Below, piece by piece: positions 13,271 to 27,104 of a stretch of 64,000 bases of DNA (position 1 is its first letter; each line of letters starts with the position of its first letter). The notes beneath the pieces are model-generated. The model ran no database searches, had not been told where the DNA came from, and saw only the letters and a list, made by a program, of their open reading frames with translations. The DNA is from Camelus dromedarius. Taxonomy: Eukaryota. The stretch covers positions 72,790,001 through 72,854,000 of the forward strand of contig NC_087437.1 in assembly GCF_036321535.1 (NCBI RefSeq), written 5' to 3'. The translations under genes were made by a program, and so were the position numbers.

Positions 13271-13911
13271 TAGCCACCTAGGATGATGTGCAAGGCAAAG
13301 AAAAATTAACTATAATTTGACTTTGCTAATGAAGACACAGGACCATTAACTTAGGATCTATCAAACCTTGTTCCGAAAACATGTGGCCTTAGCACCTTTC
13401 CTTCGTAGTATAAAAGTCCTCTCTTAGAAGTAGCACCGCAGTTGTAAAAGTTTTACATTCAGAATAAATGCCTCAAGTAAACAAACAAAAAAAGAACTAT
13501 GAGATTCCAATATCCAATATGCATTCAGAGAGGAACGATGCATCTCAAGTTCAGATGTAAAATGACTCTTTTCTAATCATATAAGTCATCAAGGGTGGTT
13601 ATAAACTTACCCTAAATGATCTGAATGAGTACACAAGAATTCCCAATAATCTTGAATGAATTTAATAACCTAAGGCTTGTCATAGATAGGACAACTTACT
13701 TTGCTAGATCTAAGGTTATAAGACAATAACAAATATTCTCTAAGTTGTATTCTTGAATAAAGGAATTGAAATTTAACTTGCTGGATCTATTTGAATTCCA
13801 CTACTAGACAGGAAATTTTTGAATACCAATAAAAATACTTTGACCATATCTAACTAATACTTAATAAGCAGATGGTTCAATGTTGCCCTGAAAAGATGCC
13901 TTTGTGACTTG

Positions 13912-14097
13912 TAAAGTTGCCAGATAAATTAAACACCCAGTTAAATTTGAATTTAAGATGAATAACAAATGATTTTTTAAATGTAAGTATGTCCCAAATA
14001 ATAGATGGGGCACAATTACACCAAAAATTTTTCTCTTTATTTGAAATTTAATTTCTATCAGCATCCTATGTATTTTTCCCTAAATCTGGCAGCTCTA
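13912..14097. mobile_element. MER53 palindromic hAT-type element
   Basis: Termini gttgccagata ... aatctggcagc. Internal cccagttaaatttgaattt and taagtatgtcccaaata match MER53 as recalled. About 186 bp. Confidence 0.8.
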
Positions 14098-17000
14098 TTA
14101 GCTTGACAAAGAGTTTCTTAAAAATTAAGATCCATCATTGTAATTTCCAAACTGTTTAGCACAGAAACCAGAACACACAGCTCAGGCCATGTTTAATGAA
14201 ACACTGGATCAAGACTGGAATTGATGCAGTCATGTGCTACAATTCATAGCACCTAAGCCATCATTTTTAAGGTCAGCCCATCCACAGTCCTCTCCATACA
14301 ACCTGAGAATCCCTTTCCTTTCAGTTCCTAAGCCCCGTAGGATAGTTTGGGAGGCAGGCATCCTCAGAGGTTCAAGATTGGGCAATTGTTTTAAAGCCAA
14401 AATCACTTACTTGAAATTCTTAAGACCAGATATGTCCTGTTTCAGAACAGTCTGCATTTGATAGAGGTAACACAGTTCATGCTGCATACACTGTAAGGCA
14501 TTTCAAGGTCTGGGGCAGTTCCCTGTGACCAAACATGCTTCTATTTCTGCAGCTATTTATGAATATTCACGCCAAGTGTGAATATCACTCCAAGTCAAGT
14601 TTTGCAAACAATTAAGTTTTGGTGCCACTCTTACAAAAAAATTTTTTCCCCATGAAACTTTTCAGAATTGCAGAGGGAAGATTATGGACCTGTGTCCACA
14701 GATGGAGATTGTTGAGAACTCATTCTCTGCCTGCCTCTAAAGAAGCACATTCTTATATTTCTTTCCTGGGATATTTTTTCCTTTGGCTTTGACATTTTAA
14801 CTACATAATTGATGGACATCTAGTGTAGAAAACATTGGAAAATCAGAACACTAAGGCTTTATGCAATCAAACAACCAACCACCAGAAAAAATAACCGTAA
14901 TCTGGAATTCTGTTGATTTAATCCCTAAATCCCAGGATATATTTCCACTTCCTCTAACCAGGGAGCTAACTTTGAAATGTAAGAAAGAGGCACGGGAAGG
15001 GATGGGTCCCTTCTAAACACTGCCTGTGACTTGGCAAACGTTCTGCACTCAAGAGGCATTAACACTTTGCTGAGGAATTCTGGGCAGACTCTCTGTCTTC
15101 CCCTGGCTCTGAAGGAAGGATTGGGAGGAAGTAACAGGTATTTTGGCAAGATAATAATGGAGAATACAATTGAACCATTTAAGATACAAGTATATACGCT
15201 TATATAGAAAAATAAGTCAAATAATTCAAGATTTCACTCAGGAACTTGCTTCATGGCACAGAGTGACTTAAGCTTCAGTTCACATATTTAAGTGTGTTTA
15301 GCTATAAAAATGTGCAGGCCAGGACAACTACAAAATATCACAGTCTGTCTGGATGAGGGCAGATTCTTAAACAAAAGGATAGTTTGAGCTGTATGATTGC
15401 CATCTGGGTAATGGAAAGACTCTTCAACAAGACTCCAGAAGCAGAGACTTTCCTTAGCCATTTTATTTAATTTCAGTACGACTAACTTTTGATTGTTGGA
15501 TGTTAAGGAGCAGAGATGAGACAGATAATCTAAAAACACAAGAGAAACTGAAAAACTACCCTTAGTTTTGAATTTTTAATACAGTCAGAAATAGACAAAG
15601 ACAGAAGTTAAACTTGCATAAACAAATATAGAAATATATCCATACTTCTCAGCAGTTGCCCCAAATCGGGCTTTGCCTTGAGGGGGAAGTGAAGGGGAAG
15701 AGAAGCCACTTTTGTCCAAACTGAGCTTCTGGTGGCTTCCCCACTCCCAGTCACCAAGCCCATCAAACCAAAACAGTTTACCAGTGCAGAGATTAACAAG
15801 TCTCTCTCCCTTCCCTTGCCCTAAGAAAACATTGTGGCTTTTTGCTTACTGCTTCATCAAATAAACATCTCTCTCTGGGTTTATGTTTAATTCAGTTACT
15901 TGTATTTGTTCAGGGTTCATCCAAGTTCGTAGAGACTCTATTTGTGATGTGGCCACTGTCTGAGAACACAGCAGGCAGGTGTCTCAGAGGCACATGGAAA
16001 CAGGTACACTGATGCTCTTAACAGTGGTGCCCGTAAGGGCAGTGAAGGTCAGCCCAGGGAACCGCTGCAAAATTGTTCAATATTTATAATTGAATACATT
16101 ACCTATACGTTATGTCGAATACATCATCTATATGTTGTATACATAACTATGTCTATAGTTTATGTTTTATATGATAACATGTAATAAATAGTAGTCATCT
16201 ACGACATACATTAATCTACACTAAATATGTAACATGGGATGATAGTTCCCAAATCAGCTGAAAGAAATAATGTTGAAGACTGGTCTCAAGAGCCAAAAAA
16301 TTGAGGTCAATAGTTTCACAGCAGGATCTGACCTCTGAGATGCTACTAAACTTTCTTCCTATGGCTCCAGGCCTTGTCCCCCAAAAACCAGGGTCCAGCT
16401 TACAGGATGTGCTATCGACGTCTGAACTGGAGCTTGCCCAACAGGGATATCTTTTCAGGTGTTGGTTTTCTCATTCCATAGTTTATATCTGACAGCAGCA
16501 ACAGGTGCATGGAAGAGGAAAGAGATCCAAAAGGGCAAAGGCCACTTCCTTCTCTGTCTTACACTCTGCACGTTGGGCAGCGTGATTCAAGTGCCCGGGC
16601 ATGACTGCTTGTGTGGACCATCCCAGCTGTCCTGAACTTTGGCTGCACGTAGCTCTTGGGCAGGTGTTTGGCTCAGTGTTTCTGTTCGGGCCCAGACTGG
16701 ACTCGCCGTTAGCGAGAGATCCAAGGACAATATTCCCACTGAATACTGGGCAGTGTTCTGGCACCTACCATGAGCTGGATAAACAGTGGATACAGTGGAC
16801 AACAGTTCCTGCCCCTACTGCACAAGATAGAGAGGGAAACAGATACCGAACAAGCCCAAAACAAATATAAAGAGTAAAATGTGGTTTTCAAAAGGACTCA
16901 AAAAACAACAGGGAAAATATAATCTGAGCTGGAAGGGGCTAGTAGGGTATTTCTGAAAACTAACACTGAACGCAAGCCCTGAAAAACAGAACCAACAAGG

Positions 17001-17179
17001 CATAGAATTCCAGGCAGGGGATGCTGGTCTGCAAGCGGTCTTGGCATGCAGGACAGTACGATGAACATTTAAACAAGCAAAGAGAAGGCCACCAGGGGAG
17101 TGAGAGGGGAGAGCGGTGACAGAAAGGCTCATGGCAGGTAAGGAATTTAGATTTATATAAAATACAGGGGAACACAAAC

Positions 17180-18400
17180 CAGGGTGATATGACCTAATTT
17201 ATATTTTAAAAAAATCACTTTGGCTGCTGTGAAAAGAACAGACTGAAGGGAAGCAAATGAAAATGGAACTCAAGGGAGATTTTGATGATTTAGAAGAGAA
17301 TGCTGTGAGGGGGGACACAGAGAAGATGAAATTATTGAGAAATATTTTTGTAATCAATTAGAAGTGGGAATGATGGAGAAAGAAGTGTCAAGATCTACTT
17401 CCAGGTTTCTCTTTGGACATAGAGGTGGATAGAGATGCCATTTCCTGGTGGAAAAACAGAGGAAGAACAGGACGGGAGGCAGGTGGGTGTGTGGAAGGCA
17501 AGGGGGAAGGTGAGACTAAGACACAGTTTCGGAGAGTGGAGTTGGACACACCAGTGAAATATCTCAGTGGAGATGTCAGGTAGGCAACAGGATCTGAGTC
17601 AGACGTCCAGAAAAGGGTTGTGGGCTAAAGACATACATTCGCACAGTCACCAGCACGTGCAGGTTATTTAAAGCCATGACTATAAAAGAATGTGAGAGTA
17701 TAAGAGAAGAGAGTTCTCAACGAGAGCTGGCGGATGTTAACCAGACATACCGTGGTGATCATTTCACAGTGCATGCAAATATCAAATCATTATGTTGTGT
17801 ACCTGAAACTAAAATCATGTTATATGTCAATTATATGTCAATTTTTTTAAAAGAGTGAATGATTCAAGGCATGTATCTTAGTTCAGACCAATGAGAGCGA
17901 GCAGAATTTTTCGGTGGACTTCTGGGAAAGACTGAGCTTGCTTTAAAAAGAGAGAAAAAAGAAGACAAGAGTTCAGATTAGAGACAAATACTCTAACGAC
18001 TGGTTGGATTAGGGCAGAGGAAGAAGAGAAGGGAACTCAGATGGAGAAGTCAGAGAGGTAAGTAGGAGAAAGAGAAGAAAAACCAGAAGAGTGTGGTACA
18101 TGGAGGCGGAGGGGAGGGGAGGGGAAGTGCCAAGGAAAAGAGCTGCCCCCTGTCTCGATTGCAGCTCAGGGGTCAGATCACAAGAGGACTGAAAAGTGCC
18201 CAGTGGGTGGACTAGGCAGCAGTGAGGTCTTAACAGGAGCAAATCCTATGGAGCAGCAGAACAAGGATGGAAGGAATGGTTAACTGGGAACTGAGGAAGA
18301 GGACACACGGTGCACTGAGAAACTTGCACTGAAAAGCTTGGCTATGCTGAAGAGAAACTAGCTAAGGTAGTTGCTAGAAGGAATTTTATTTTAAAATAAT
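17180..18400 (-). mobile_element. L2 LINE fragments with a short L1 3'-end piece (about 17730-17852, + strand) inserted
   Basis: L2-like motifs aatcactttggctgctgtg and agtggagatgtcaggtaggca. L1MA-like tail tatgttgtgtacctgaaactaa...gtcaattata. Boundaries are approximate. Confidence 0.6.
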
Positions 18401-20644
18401 AATAATTAAAGAAATAATGTTGACATACTGACAATAAATACCAGTAAAGAGGGAGAAGCTGGGGGGAGTGGGGCACAGAAGGACTGAAGACCTCAAGACG
18501 GAGAGATGGCACTCTGAGCACACCTTAAGTGACAGATCTTTGAAGGGAAGAGAGAGCCTTCCTTAGCTGGGAAGAGAGGATGCTCTAATCTCTCACTGAA
18601 GTAGGTGGTGAGATCATCTCAGAGCCAGGGGGGGAAAGTGAACCAGAAGTTTGAACAGAGCAAAGGTATGAAATAGCCGTGCCATGAAATGGTGGAATAA
18701 CTTTATGTGAGAAACAGTAATGCTGCCAAGCCGCATGGAGTCTCTATTTGAGTCTGGTTGTCAAGAATCTGCAGTAATATCATCTAGCCCGGTCTGTTCC
18801 CACTTCCCTCATTCTCCCCTGGAATCCCTCAACCAAAGCCAGTTTCTGCCATTTTTCACACCACGTGATGACAGATAATAATCCCATCTTCCGAGACCAA
18901 CTAATCCCCTGACAGCTGCATGAGTTGTTTCCATACTTCAAGCCCCCACCGTCCCCTCTCCCATGCACAGCCTCTCCCAAACCACCGACACAGTAATAGG
19001 AAAGATGTGGGTGGCCTCCTTGCTTGTTTCCACCCATGTTCCTGGAGGTCCGCCTTTACTTTAGGTCTGGAAAATACTACACAACTGTCCCTGGGAAGTG
19101 AGATTTAGCATTGACTCAATTTGCTTCACTTTTGTTAGAATCTGATGCTAATGACAGACAAACAGAATGTACAGGCCACGTCATATGTGGGTTACACAAA
19201 GATGAACAGCTACCTGGATGGAGAAGGCAGACAGGTACAGAGGGAAACTGACAACCGATTCCTCTGTCCCACAAGTTTCCCAGTATGACATAAATAGTAA
19301 AATACTAATAAGCACCAAAACAAAGACATTTGATTCTTCCAGTGAAAGTTTCATGCTGTATCAGTGCAGAATCTTTGAAAGCCATAATCCTCCTGGGCGG
19401 CAGAACTAAACAATCAATCCTTTGGTACAGATTTTGAGCTTTTACAGGAAAATATACCCACTACCCAAATGGATTCTTTACTACTTTAAAGTCTGGAGCC
19501 AGAAGGAACATACATAAAATTTAATATGAAAAAGATGTGCGGTTTAATCTTGACAAGCAGGCAACCAAGAAATTGATACAGAGCTTTTAAGTTGATTTCA
19601 ATTTCTAACAGTACATTTTTGAGCTCACTCTCTGGCACCAAGATCAAATGCCCTTATTTATAGGCCTCAAACAAAGAGAAGCCCCCAAAGGAAGCCACAT
19701 TCAGCAGAAATCTTTTCCACATATTATCACTCAAATTTATTCAAACTGAATTTTTTTTCTTTTTCTTAGCTTAATGGAGAACATGATGAGCAAGAAAGAA
19801 TGTGTTACAGCTCACTTGCTTTTTTCTTTCCCAAATTAGAATTTTAATTTTTAATTTAGGCTTAGTTTAGCTGTAACTAACTCAGAATATGAGAGGAGAG
19901 TAAGTGAAATATTTCCCAGAGAAAATAAACAAACAGAAAAACAAAACAACAACAATAAAAAACTCAACTGCCATCCTGAATTCTAAAAACTGCAAGAGGT
20001 TTTTTATACTTTCTCTAGGAGGTATTGGCCAACATTCAGGTTGTGGCCTGAAATGTGTAAGGTTTTTTCTAAAATAAGTGTCAACTGTGTCACAGACAGT
20101 TTTCACTTGGCAGTGTGTGAGGATCCCCTGAAGACTGCAACGCATCTTCCCAAGAGCAGTGCACTTGCATTGAAGCCAATGGCAAGGCGAGACAGATGAG
20201 ATGCATGGTTCTCATTCATCTTTTTAATAAACAGAAAAATGAAAAGAGATGAGGCAACCATATCTGAATATGCTTAAGCCATCCCTACAGGACATCAATG
20301 GTAAATAAGTTCCAAAGTACTAAAATGATTCTTTAAAAACAAAGTGGAAGCAGAGGAGCAGAAAGGCTGATGGAAAAACCTACTCACTCATCTCCAGCAG
20401 ATAAGCCACCATGACTATCAGCTCAAAGATCAGGCACCACTCTCTCAGCCTCAGCTGCTCTGTACCTGATGGCTCTTAGTCTGCGACAACTTACCTCATC
20501 TTAGGCCTTGTTTCTGGTGCCACTGTCTCCAGGAATGTGACACACAAATCCCAAACCATGGTAACTCATACAACATTTAAATTCAATCAAAGGGGACCAC
20601 CATCTTGCCCATAAAATTAGCATTCAAATATAGTTTTCTTTTAC

Positions 20645-20782
20645 CTTGGTCTTTTCACCAACAATGTTCTTTTCCAGTTCTGCTATTTTCCGGTTTAGAT
20701 GATCCAAAATCTCCTTCTCTTTCATGAGTTCGGTTGTTTCCGATTTCTGTTCTCCATCCAAGAGAGCACATTCCATATCCAA
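20645..20782 (-). CDS. PHLDB2: PHLDB2 exon 5, 46 codons (LDMECALLDGEQKSE...IVGEKTK)
   Basis: Acceptor gtgtcctcag|TTG, donor AAG|GTAAAA, 138 nt open frame, phase 0/0. Confidence 0.94.
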
Positions 20783-21696
20783 CTGAGGACACAAAACAAA
20801 ACTCAGAGGTGTTTCATCTTCAGGGAAATTCCTCAGCTGCCCACTTTAGAGGTGTATTTTTAACAGCGATAAGTTTCAGGAAGTACTACCGTTATTAGCC
20901 AGACTGTGGAACTTAGGGAACACTCCACAGAGCCCATGTGAGACTCAGGATTCCTGTATCGGAAAGGAGAGGCCAGAATATACTTGCTAAGAACACTGCT
21001 TATCTTCTAATTTAATTTTTCTGTGCTAACCCCTTTTCTGCTTACTTCTCAAGGGTACTTTGCCTATTCGCTTAGATTCAGGCTCAAGTGTGAACCATCT
21101 TGGGAGCTGCCACGTCTTTGTTTGTCCCCAGAGCACGGGAAGCGAAAATTACACTCAGCCCAGCATGCGAGCATTGCATTCCTAGCGACGCCAGCAGGAG
21201 GGGCTTCCAGGGTCTGTGCAGAAGATGACAGCTGAGCAGTCCCCTCCCACTCATGGGCTACCTGCAACAACTGTGAGTACAGACACACACAGATCCTTCT
21301 TAGGCAGAGTCAGCCGCTCCGCCTCAGTTCATGGAGGTGTTAAAAAAATTGCCTCTTTCTTTAATTACAATTATAGAATATGTCTGTCTCCTCCCTGGTT
21401 TGTAAACCTCTAGAAAGTGAGGTCTATGTTTGGTTCACATGTAAATTTCCCCACAGTGTCAAGATGATACCCAACTCATATTTAACATGCTCAGAAAATG
21501 TCTCTTGGATTTGAACTTAAACATCTAAATACATGGCACATCACCTGACAGATCTTGAAGCAGGTCAGAAAGTATATACTAGTTAAGACAAAGTTGGTTA
21601 TCCAACACGTACATTAAAAATGGCTTCATATGTGCATCTAATTGGATTTAAAAAAAAGAAACAGAAGGAAGAGGGAAACGTAAAAAAAGGGCACTT

Positions 21697-22378
21697 TCCA
21701 GTATGGAGGTTCTTTAAAAAACCAGAGTTACCATATGATCGTACAATCCCACTCCTGGGCATATACCCAGAGAAAACTCTAATTCGAAAAGACACCTGCA
21801 CCCCAATGTTCATAGCAGCACTATTCAGAATAGCCGGGACATGGAAGCAACTTAAATGTCCATCAACAGAGGACTGGATAAAGAAGATGTGATATATATA
21901 TATACACACACACATGTAATAGAATATCAGTCATAAAAAAGAATGAAATAATACCATTTCCAGCAACATGGATAGACCTAGAAATTATCACACTAAGTGA
22001 ATTAACCCAGACAAAGATAAATATCATATGATATCACTTATATGTGAAATCTAAAAAAAACCAAAAGATACAAATGAACTTATTTACAAACCAGAAATAG
22101 ACTCACAAATATAGAAAACAAACTTATGGTTACCAAAGGAGAAAGGAGGGGAGGGATAAATTGGGAGTCTGGGATTAACATATACACATTACTGTTCATA
22201 AAACAGATAAACAACAAGGACCTACTGTATAGCATAGGGAACTATACATAATATCTTGTAATAACCTATAATGGAAAAGAATGTGAAAAAGAATATATAT
22301 GTATATGTATTACTGAATCACTTGGCTGCACACCTGAAACTAACCTAGCATTGTAAATCTACTATACTTCAAAAAAAA
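21697..22378 (+). mobile_element. 5'-truncated LINE-1 (ORF2 end plus 3' UTR plus A tail)
   Basis: ORF 21620..21892 contains [34 protein letters not shown]. The 3' UTR ends tgtaaatctactatacttcaaaaaaaa. Confidence 0.92.
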
Positions 22379-22551
22379 GTTTAAAACAAGGCAATTTTAC
22401 CCATACATGTACCCACTGAACATATATTTGCTCATGCTGACTTCTATGCATTCTGCCTCCCAAGGCCTGTGCCCTAATAGGCATTGATATATTTAAGCTA
22501 AAGGAAAGAAAGAAAAAAGGGAGAGGGAACACGTGAACTCATGGTTTATAC

Positions 22552-22695
22552 CTCTCTGGAAGATTCCTCCATCTGGTCATTTATATCTTTGATCTTTTGT
22601 TCAAGCTCCTCTAGGTTGTTCAGAATTGCTATCCGGGACTCTTCCATCGCAGTCAACTCCTGAATCCTCTGTTCTTCACTTAGACCCTCTGGTGT
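22552..22695 (-). CDS. PHLDB2: PHLDB2 exon 4, 48 codons (TPEGLSEEQRIQEL...QMEESSRE), coiled coil
   Basis: Acceptor taatcacag|ACA, donor GAG|GTATAA, 144 nt open frame translated by hand, heptad-like E/K/L composition. Confidence 0.94.
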
Positions 22696-23724
22696 CTGTG
22701 ATTAATGAACAAACACAGAAAATTCACACTTCAATTCCAGAATTTCCTAGTTAAAAAAACAGTCATAAGTCTAGCGCTTCACAGTCTGTGTCTGTTTGGA
22801 TTCAAAAGCATCCACATGATTGTTTATTCAGAACTCTGCATTTTCCCATGGAGCCTCAGCAGGTAGGCTCTTAGGTTAGCTCCTACAAACCAGCTTCAGT
22901 GTACAAAGTCATATCCTTCTAAAGGCAAAATAACTAAGAGCCAAATGACTCAGAGGAAGCTGTGGCCCACAGAGATTGTAGCACCTTCCCTTAGGTTAAG
23001 GACAATGTTTGGCAGAACAGAGAACTAGAATCTAGATGAGATTTTTGGCATTTTCCTTAGGGATGACTCTTGGGCACGCTGCTACCTTCATCACAAGCTC
23101 CATTTTCTCTCCCATCTCCAGGTAAGTACATCTCCTACACAGACTCTAGAATCTCCATTGGTTCCCACTGCTAGGATTATCTGCAAATGAGCAATCATAT
23201 TTATTTCCTTTCCAACACAAGGTGGAAAAGAAGGACACATGGCACTTGTCCCCATCTTACTGAAATGTTCCCCAAAGTTAGTAACCAGGACAATACAGGC
23301 TTTATTACTTTGGTGACCTCCAAAATGATTTAAAACTACATCATTAATATTATGTTAATTCATGTTTCACTTTTTGCACCAGCACACTGTTTCCTAGTCT
23401 TTATACTAAGGGCCTTCTTCCTATGTAGTGATTAAGACTAACTGGGCCAATGGGCTTTTGTAAAATAAAATAGAATACTGGCCATTGTTCATAAAACTAT
23501 TTCACGGAAAAACTGAGTTCTTTAACAAGAAATGAGAACGTCATGAAAGAAATTAAGTGAGAGAAGGCATACTTACACCCTTGAACAGAGTTGTAACAAA
23601 TGCCCAGCAAAGAAAAGAGTATTTAGATCATACACACGGTCAAAATGTGACTGCTGATTATTTTAAGATGAGAATAAAGTGAATTGAAAACAGCTTCTTC
23701 TTTCAAGAATTTCAGGTTAGTTAC

Positions 23725-23751
23725 CTTGGGTATCACTTGGTGGAGACCAGT
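23725..23751 (-). CDS. PHLDB2: Candidate 27-nt in-frame microexon (TGLHQVIPK) between exons 3 and 4
   Basis: ctttttgatttctagaaag|ACTGGTCTCCACCAAGTGATACCCAAG|GTAACTAAC. Phase 0/0, no stop codon. Confidence 0.4.
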
Positions 23752-26700
23752 CTTTCTAGAAATCAAAAAGTACCAGGAGTGGGATATTATTTATTTAACT
23801 TTATCTCTCTTTGAAAAAGAGGTAATTTCTTTGCATCAGTAAGTCAATAATTATATCATTCCACAATTGGAAGTTGAAAACAGCAGCCCCGGTAAGTAAA
23901 TTATTGAAGAATACTCACTAACCACTGAAAAGAATATTCAAATTAACCAAAGAAACCATTTAAATTCTGTGTACCTCATTAAGTTCATTTACTATGCTTA
24001 ACAATCCTAAAAATTACTTTAAGAATATAGGCATCTTGTCAGATTCTTTATTCATATTCTTTATTCTTTTTACCCTACTTTGCTGCTCAAGGAGATGAAA
24101 CCATTGAGAAGTCACATATGTCAGGTTGATTTAGAGCAAAGGTATGCAGGCCTTCCAATCTTTGACATTCCACTTTTTAATTGTCCTCTTAAATCTTATC
24201 AACTAATGAAACAATAGCTGACCTTTTTTCACAGACAATGAATCTCATCGACCTAATACTTGGCTGCCTGTTTTAGGGCATGAGGGGTGCCTGCAACAGT
24301 GAATGGCATTCCTAAATCACTGATGAGTAATCCTAGCAGGAAAGCCTCAAGAAGGCCAGTATCCTGTCGGGTCAACAGTTCATATTAGGTTTCAGCTTCC
24401 AACATGGTTTAAAAATATCTCTCTCATTGGTGGAAGCAGAACATTAAGAGAAAACAAAAACTGAACAATCTGCAAAACTATAAAGATAGGTAAAAGTGGC
24501 AATTATTAATATCTGTATAACTCAGTTTCTAGAAAATTTATCATGATAGGTATATTTAATAATAGACAACTTGAGAGTTTGTAGCAATAAATGCTATCTA
24601 GGAAATGACTGTGTTTTTTTTTTTACTGTTAAGTTACTTATAAAAAGCAAAAATCTTCAAAAGGCACTCTAAAATTTTGGTTTGTAATAGAATGGGATGA
24701 GGATACTGTAATTTCATTTATATACAAATTAAAAAAAAAAAAAAAAACCAATAGAGAGCCAAGGGTGTGGTAGCTTTAGTTTTATGGTGACAGAAAAAGG
24801 TGAAATTTTAATCTATCTGGGACTTTTTTTTATAGCAATGGATAGGATTTCACTGAGAGTGACGTGTTTGAATAAAAGCACATGTATGTGCATCCCCAAA
24901 TATGCTGTATTCAGGGTAACTTGACACAAACACACACAAAAATAGGAGAGGGCTGGGACAACACACTCTGCAGCCACCTTTTTTTTTGGGGGGGGGCATA
25001 TTTCTTCTTAGAAACTTCCTATGACCAGAGAAGGTTGCAGGTGTGAGGACTTTCCACTGCAGCTAGAATGATTACTCAAGAAGAAAAGAGTGAAACAGTT
25101 TTTATCACAAGGGAAAAAACATTTTTTGGCAAAAACATGAGGTGATGGACATTAACAATTTATTGTGGTAATCATTCTGCAAACTATGTAAGTCAACTCA
25201 TTACACTGTACTCCTTACATTTATACAGTGCTGTGTGTCAGTTATATCCCAAATCTGCATGGACCGTACACAAGAAATTGACACAATGCTATAAACTGAA
25301 CTATACTTCAATAAATTTTTTTTTAAATTGCATGAAAACAAAAAAGAGAAGAGTGAGCTATATCTGCCTTTCACCTCAGATGGTGGTAGACAGGTTCACA
25401 AAAGGCAATTAAAATGAACATATTTCCAAGGTCATCTGCATTTTTTTGGTCACCTGCATCTTTGTGTTAGGTAAAGCAAAGTCTAGAATGGTATATCTTA
25501 AGTTTCCTAAATATCATTAAAATTTTTGTTTCATTAAATCAGTTTAGAGTGTTTTTCACATTCCTCTCTTCTCCATTAATCCTCAGATCAGTTAACAACA
25601 AACACTATACTCTAAATAATCCAGTGAGCAGATTACTCAGAGGAAGAGCATCTAAAACAAATAATCAGGACTTTACAAATGAACTCCTCTATCTCCTGTC
25701 TTAAAGTCTTCAAAATGCAATACATGAAAAACCTATTCCCTGGAACCTATCACGCTCTCAGCTGCGTGCTGTCTAAGCCGCTGTGCGGTACCCAGCAGTG
25801 CCCTTGACATCTCCTGTCTCTAACAGAGGCACAGTCTTCTATCACTAGCTGCAGGGAGGCTCCTCCAAGCTGCAGAGGCCTCCTATTCCACAAAGGCAGA
25901 TTTGAGCGATGGAGAGCATCTGTCATGATCTGCTCATTGACACTTCGACAGCTCTCTTGTCACAGCCCTCTTCAGGAGGGAACTTGTCTCCCAAAAGTCA
26001 GTCCTTAGAGCATGTGGGTCACCATTTTAACAAAAGTCTCCAGATCTCCATGCAGGAAGAAATATGAAAGGATTTACAATGAAAAGACAGTGAAGGAAGC
26101 CCAATGGCTGATGACAACAGATCAAATGTTTAAATGAGGGGTCATTTACTTTGCCCAACACCAGTAACTTTAGATTTTTACCCCAGATCCTAGCATCTAA
26201 CAGTTGCAACTTTCTGGCAATAGGGACAGATGTCCTATTCATAATTACTCTCCACTGAGAATCAGGAAGGCAAACATGGTCATTAAAAGAAAGCAGGATT
26301 GAACGGTCCAGAGTCCTGATACATATGATGGGAGAACTCAAGAGGTAGGTAAGGACTTCCGACTAGGAACATTCAGTGCACAAGTCTTGCTACAGCCAAA
26401 CAAACAAAAGTAAAAACAAAGACACAAACTCCCCTAAATAATACTCCATGTGATAAACTACCTGGAGAATTTAGTACAATGATAGCATCTTTCTCTTAAA
26501 AGAGTCAGTATGTATTCTTCTCTTATAATAAAAATCTAATTAATGTACTTTTAAAAAATTATTTGTTCTTTGGGCATGATTGCCAAGAATCTCAGAGTTG
26601 AACTTAATGGTCAGAGTTACTTAAATAAATTAACCAATCCCATTTATCCTTGAATAAATAGATATTTATGATTATGGTAACTTCTCTCTTATATAATATT

Positions 26701-27104
26701 TTTGGTGTTCTAATTTTATTCTAATAAATTTTATATCTTTTATTATACAGTCTCAAATACTTTCTAGAAAATGGGTAGGGAAATAGATTTTTTTTTAATT
26801 TCATAGAAAAAAATATTCTTAACTTGTTGAAAAAAGTAATACCAAAAGAGTTTCCTTGAACTTTTTTAAGAGATTGTCAAATTTGGAAGACATGTTTAGA
26901 TCAGCAAACAACAACCAGAAAACTAAGTAATGATTATGACTACATATAAATGTTAAACTCCTAGACACCCCCAAAAAATCAATAATAAAGTCAAAGGGAA
27001 GACCACTCATGATAAAGGACTAATTTCCTTGATTTCCTTACCATCAATAGTTCCAACTACTGAGTAAAAACAAGACAAAACATTTTTTTTTAAATGGGTG
27101 AAGA

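Noticed and set aside
20489..20644. Consensus donor GAG|GTAAGT 150 nt downstream of exon 5
   Set aside because: Extending exon 5 hits TGA after six codons and I found no good frame-preserving acceptor. At most a cryptic or NMD site.
25740..26010. GC-richer non-repetitive block that looked exon-like
   Set aside because: All three minus-strand frames hit stops after the candidate acceptor, and I found no convincing splice-site pair.
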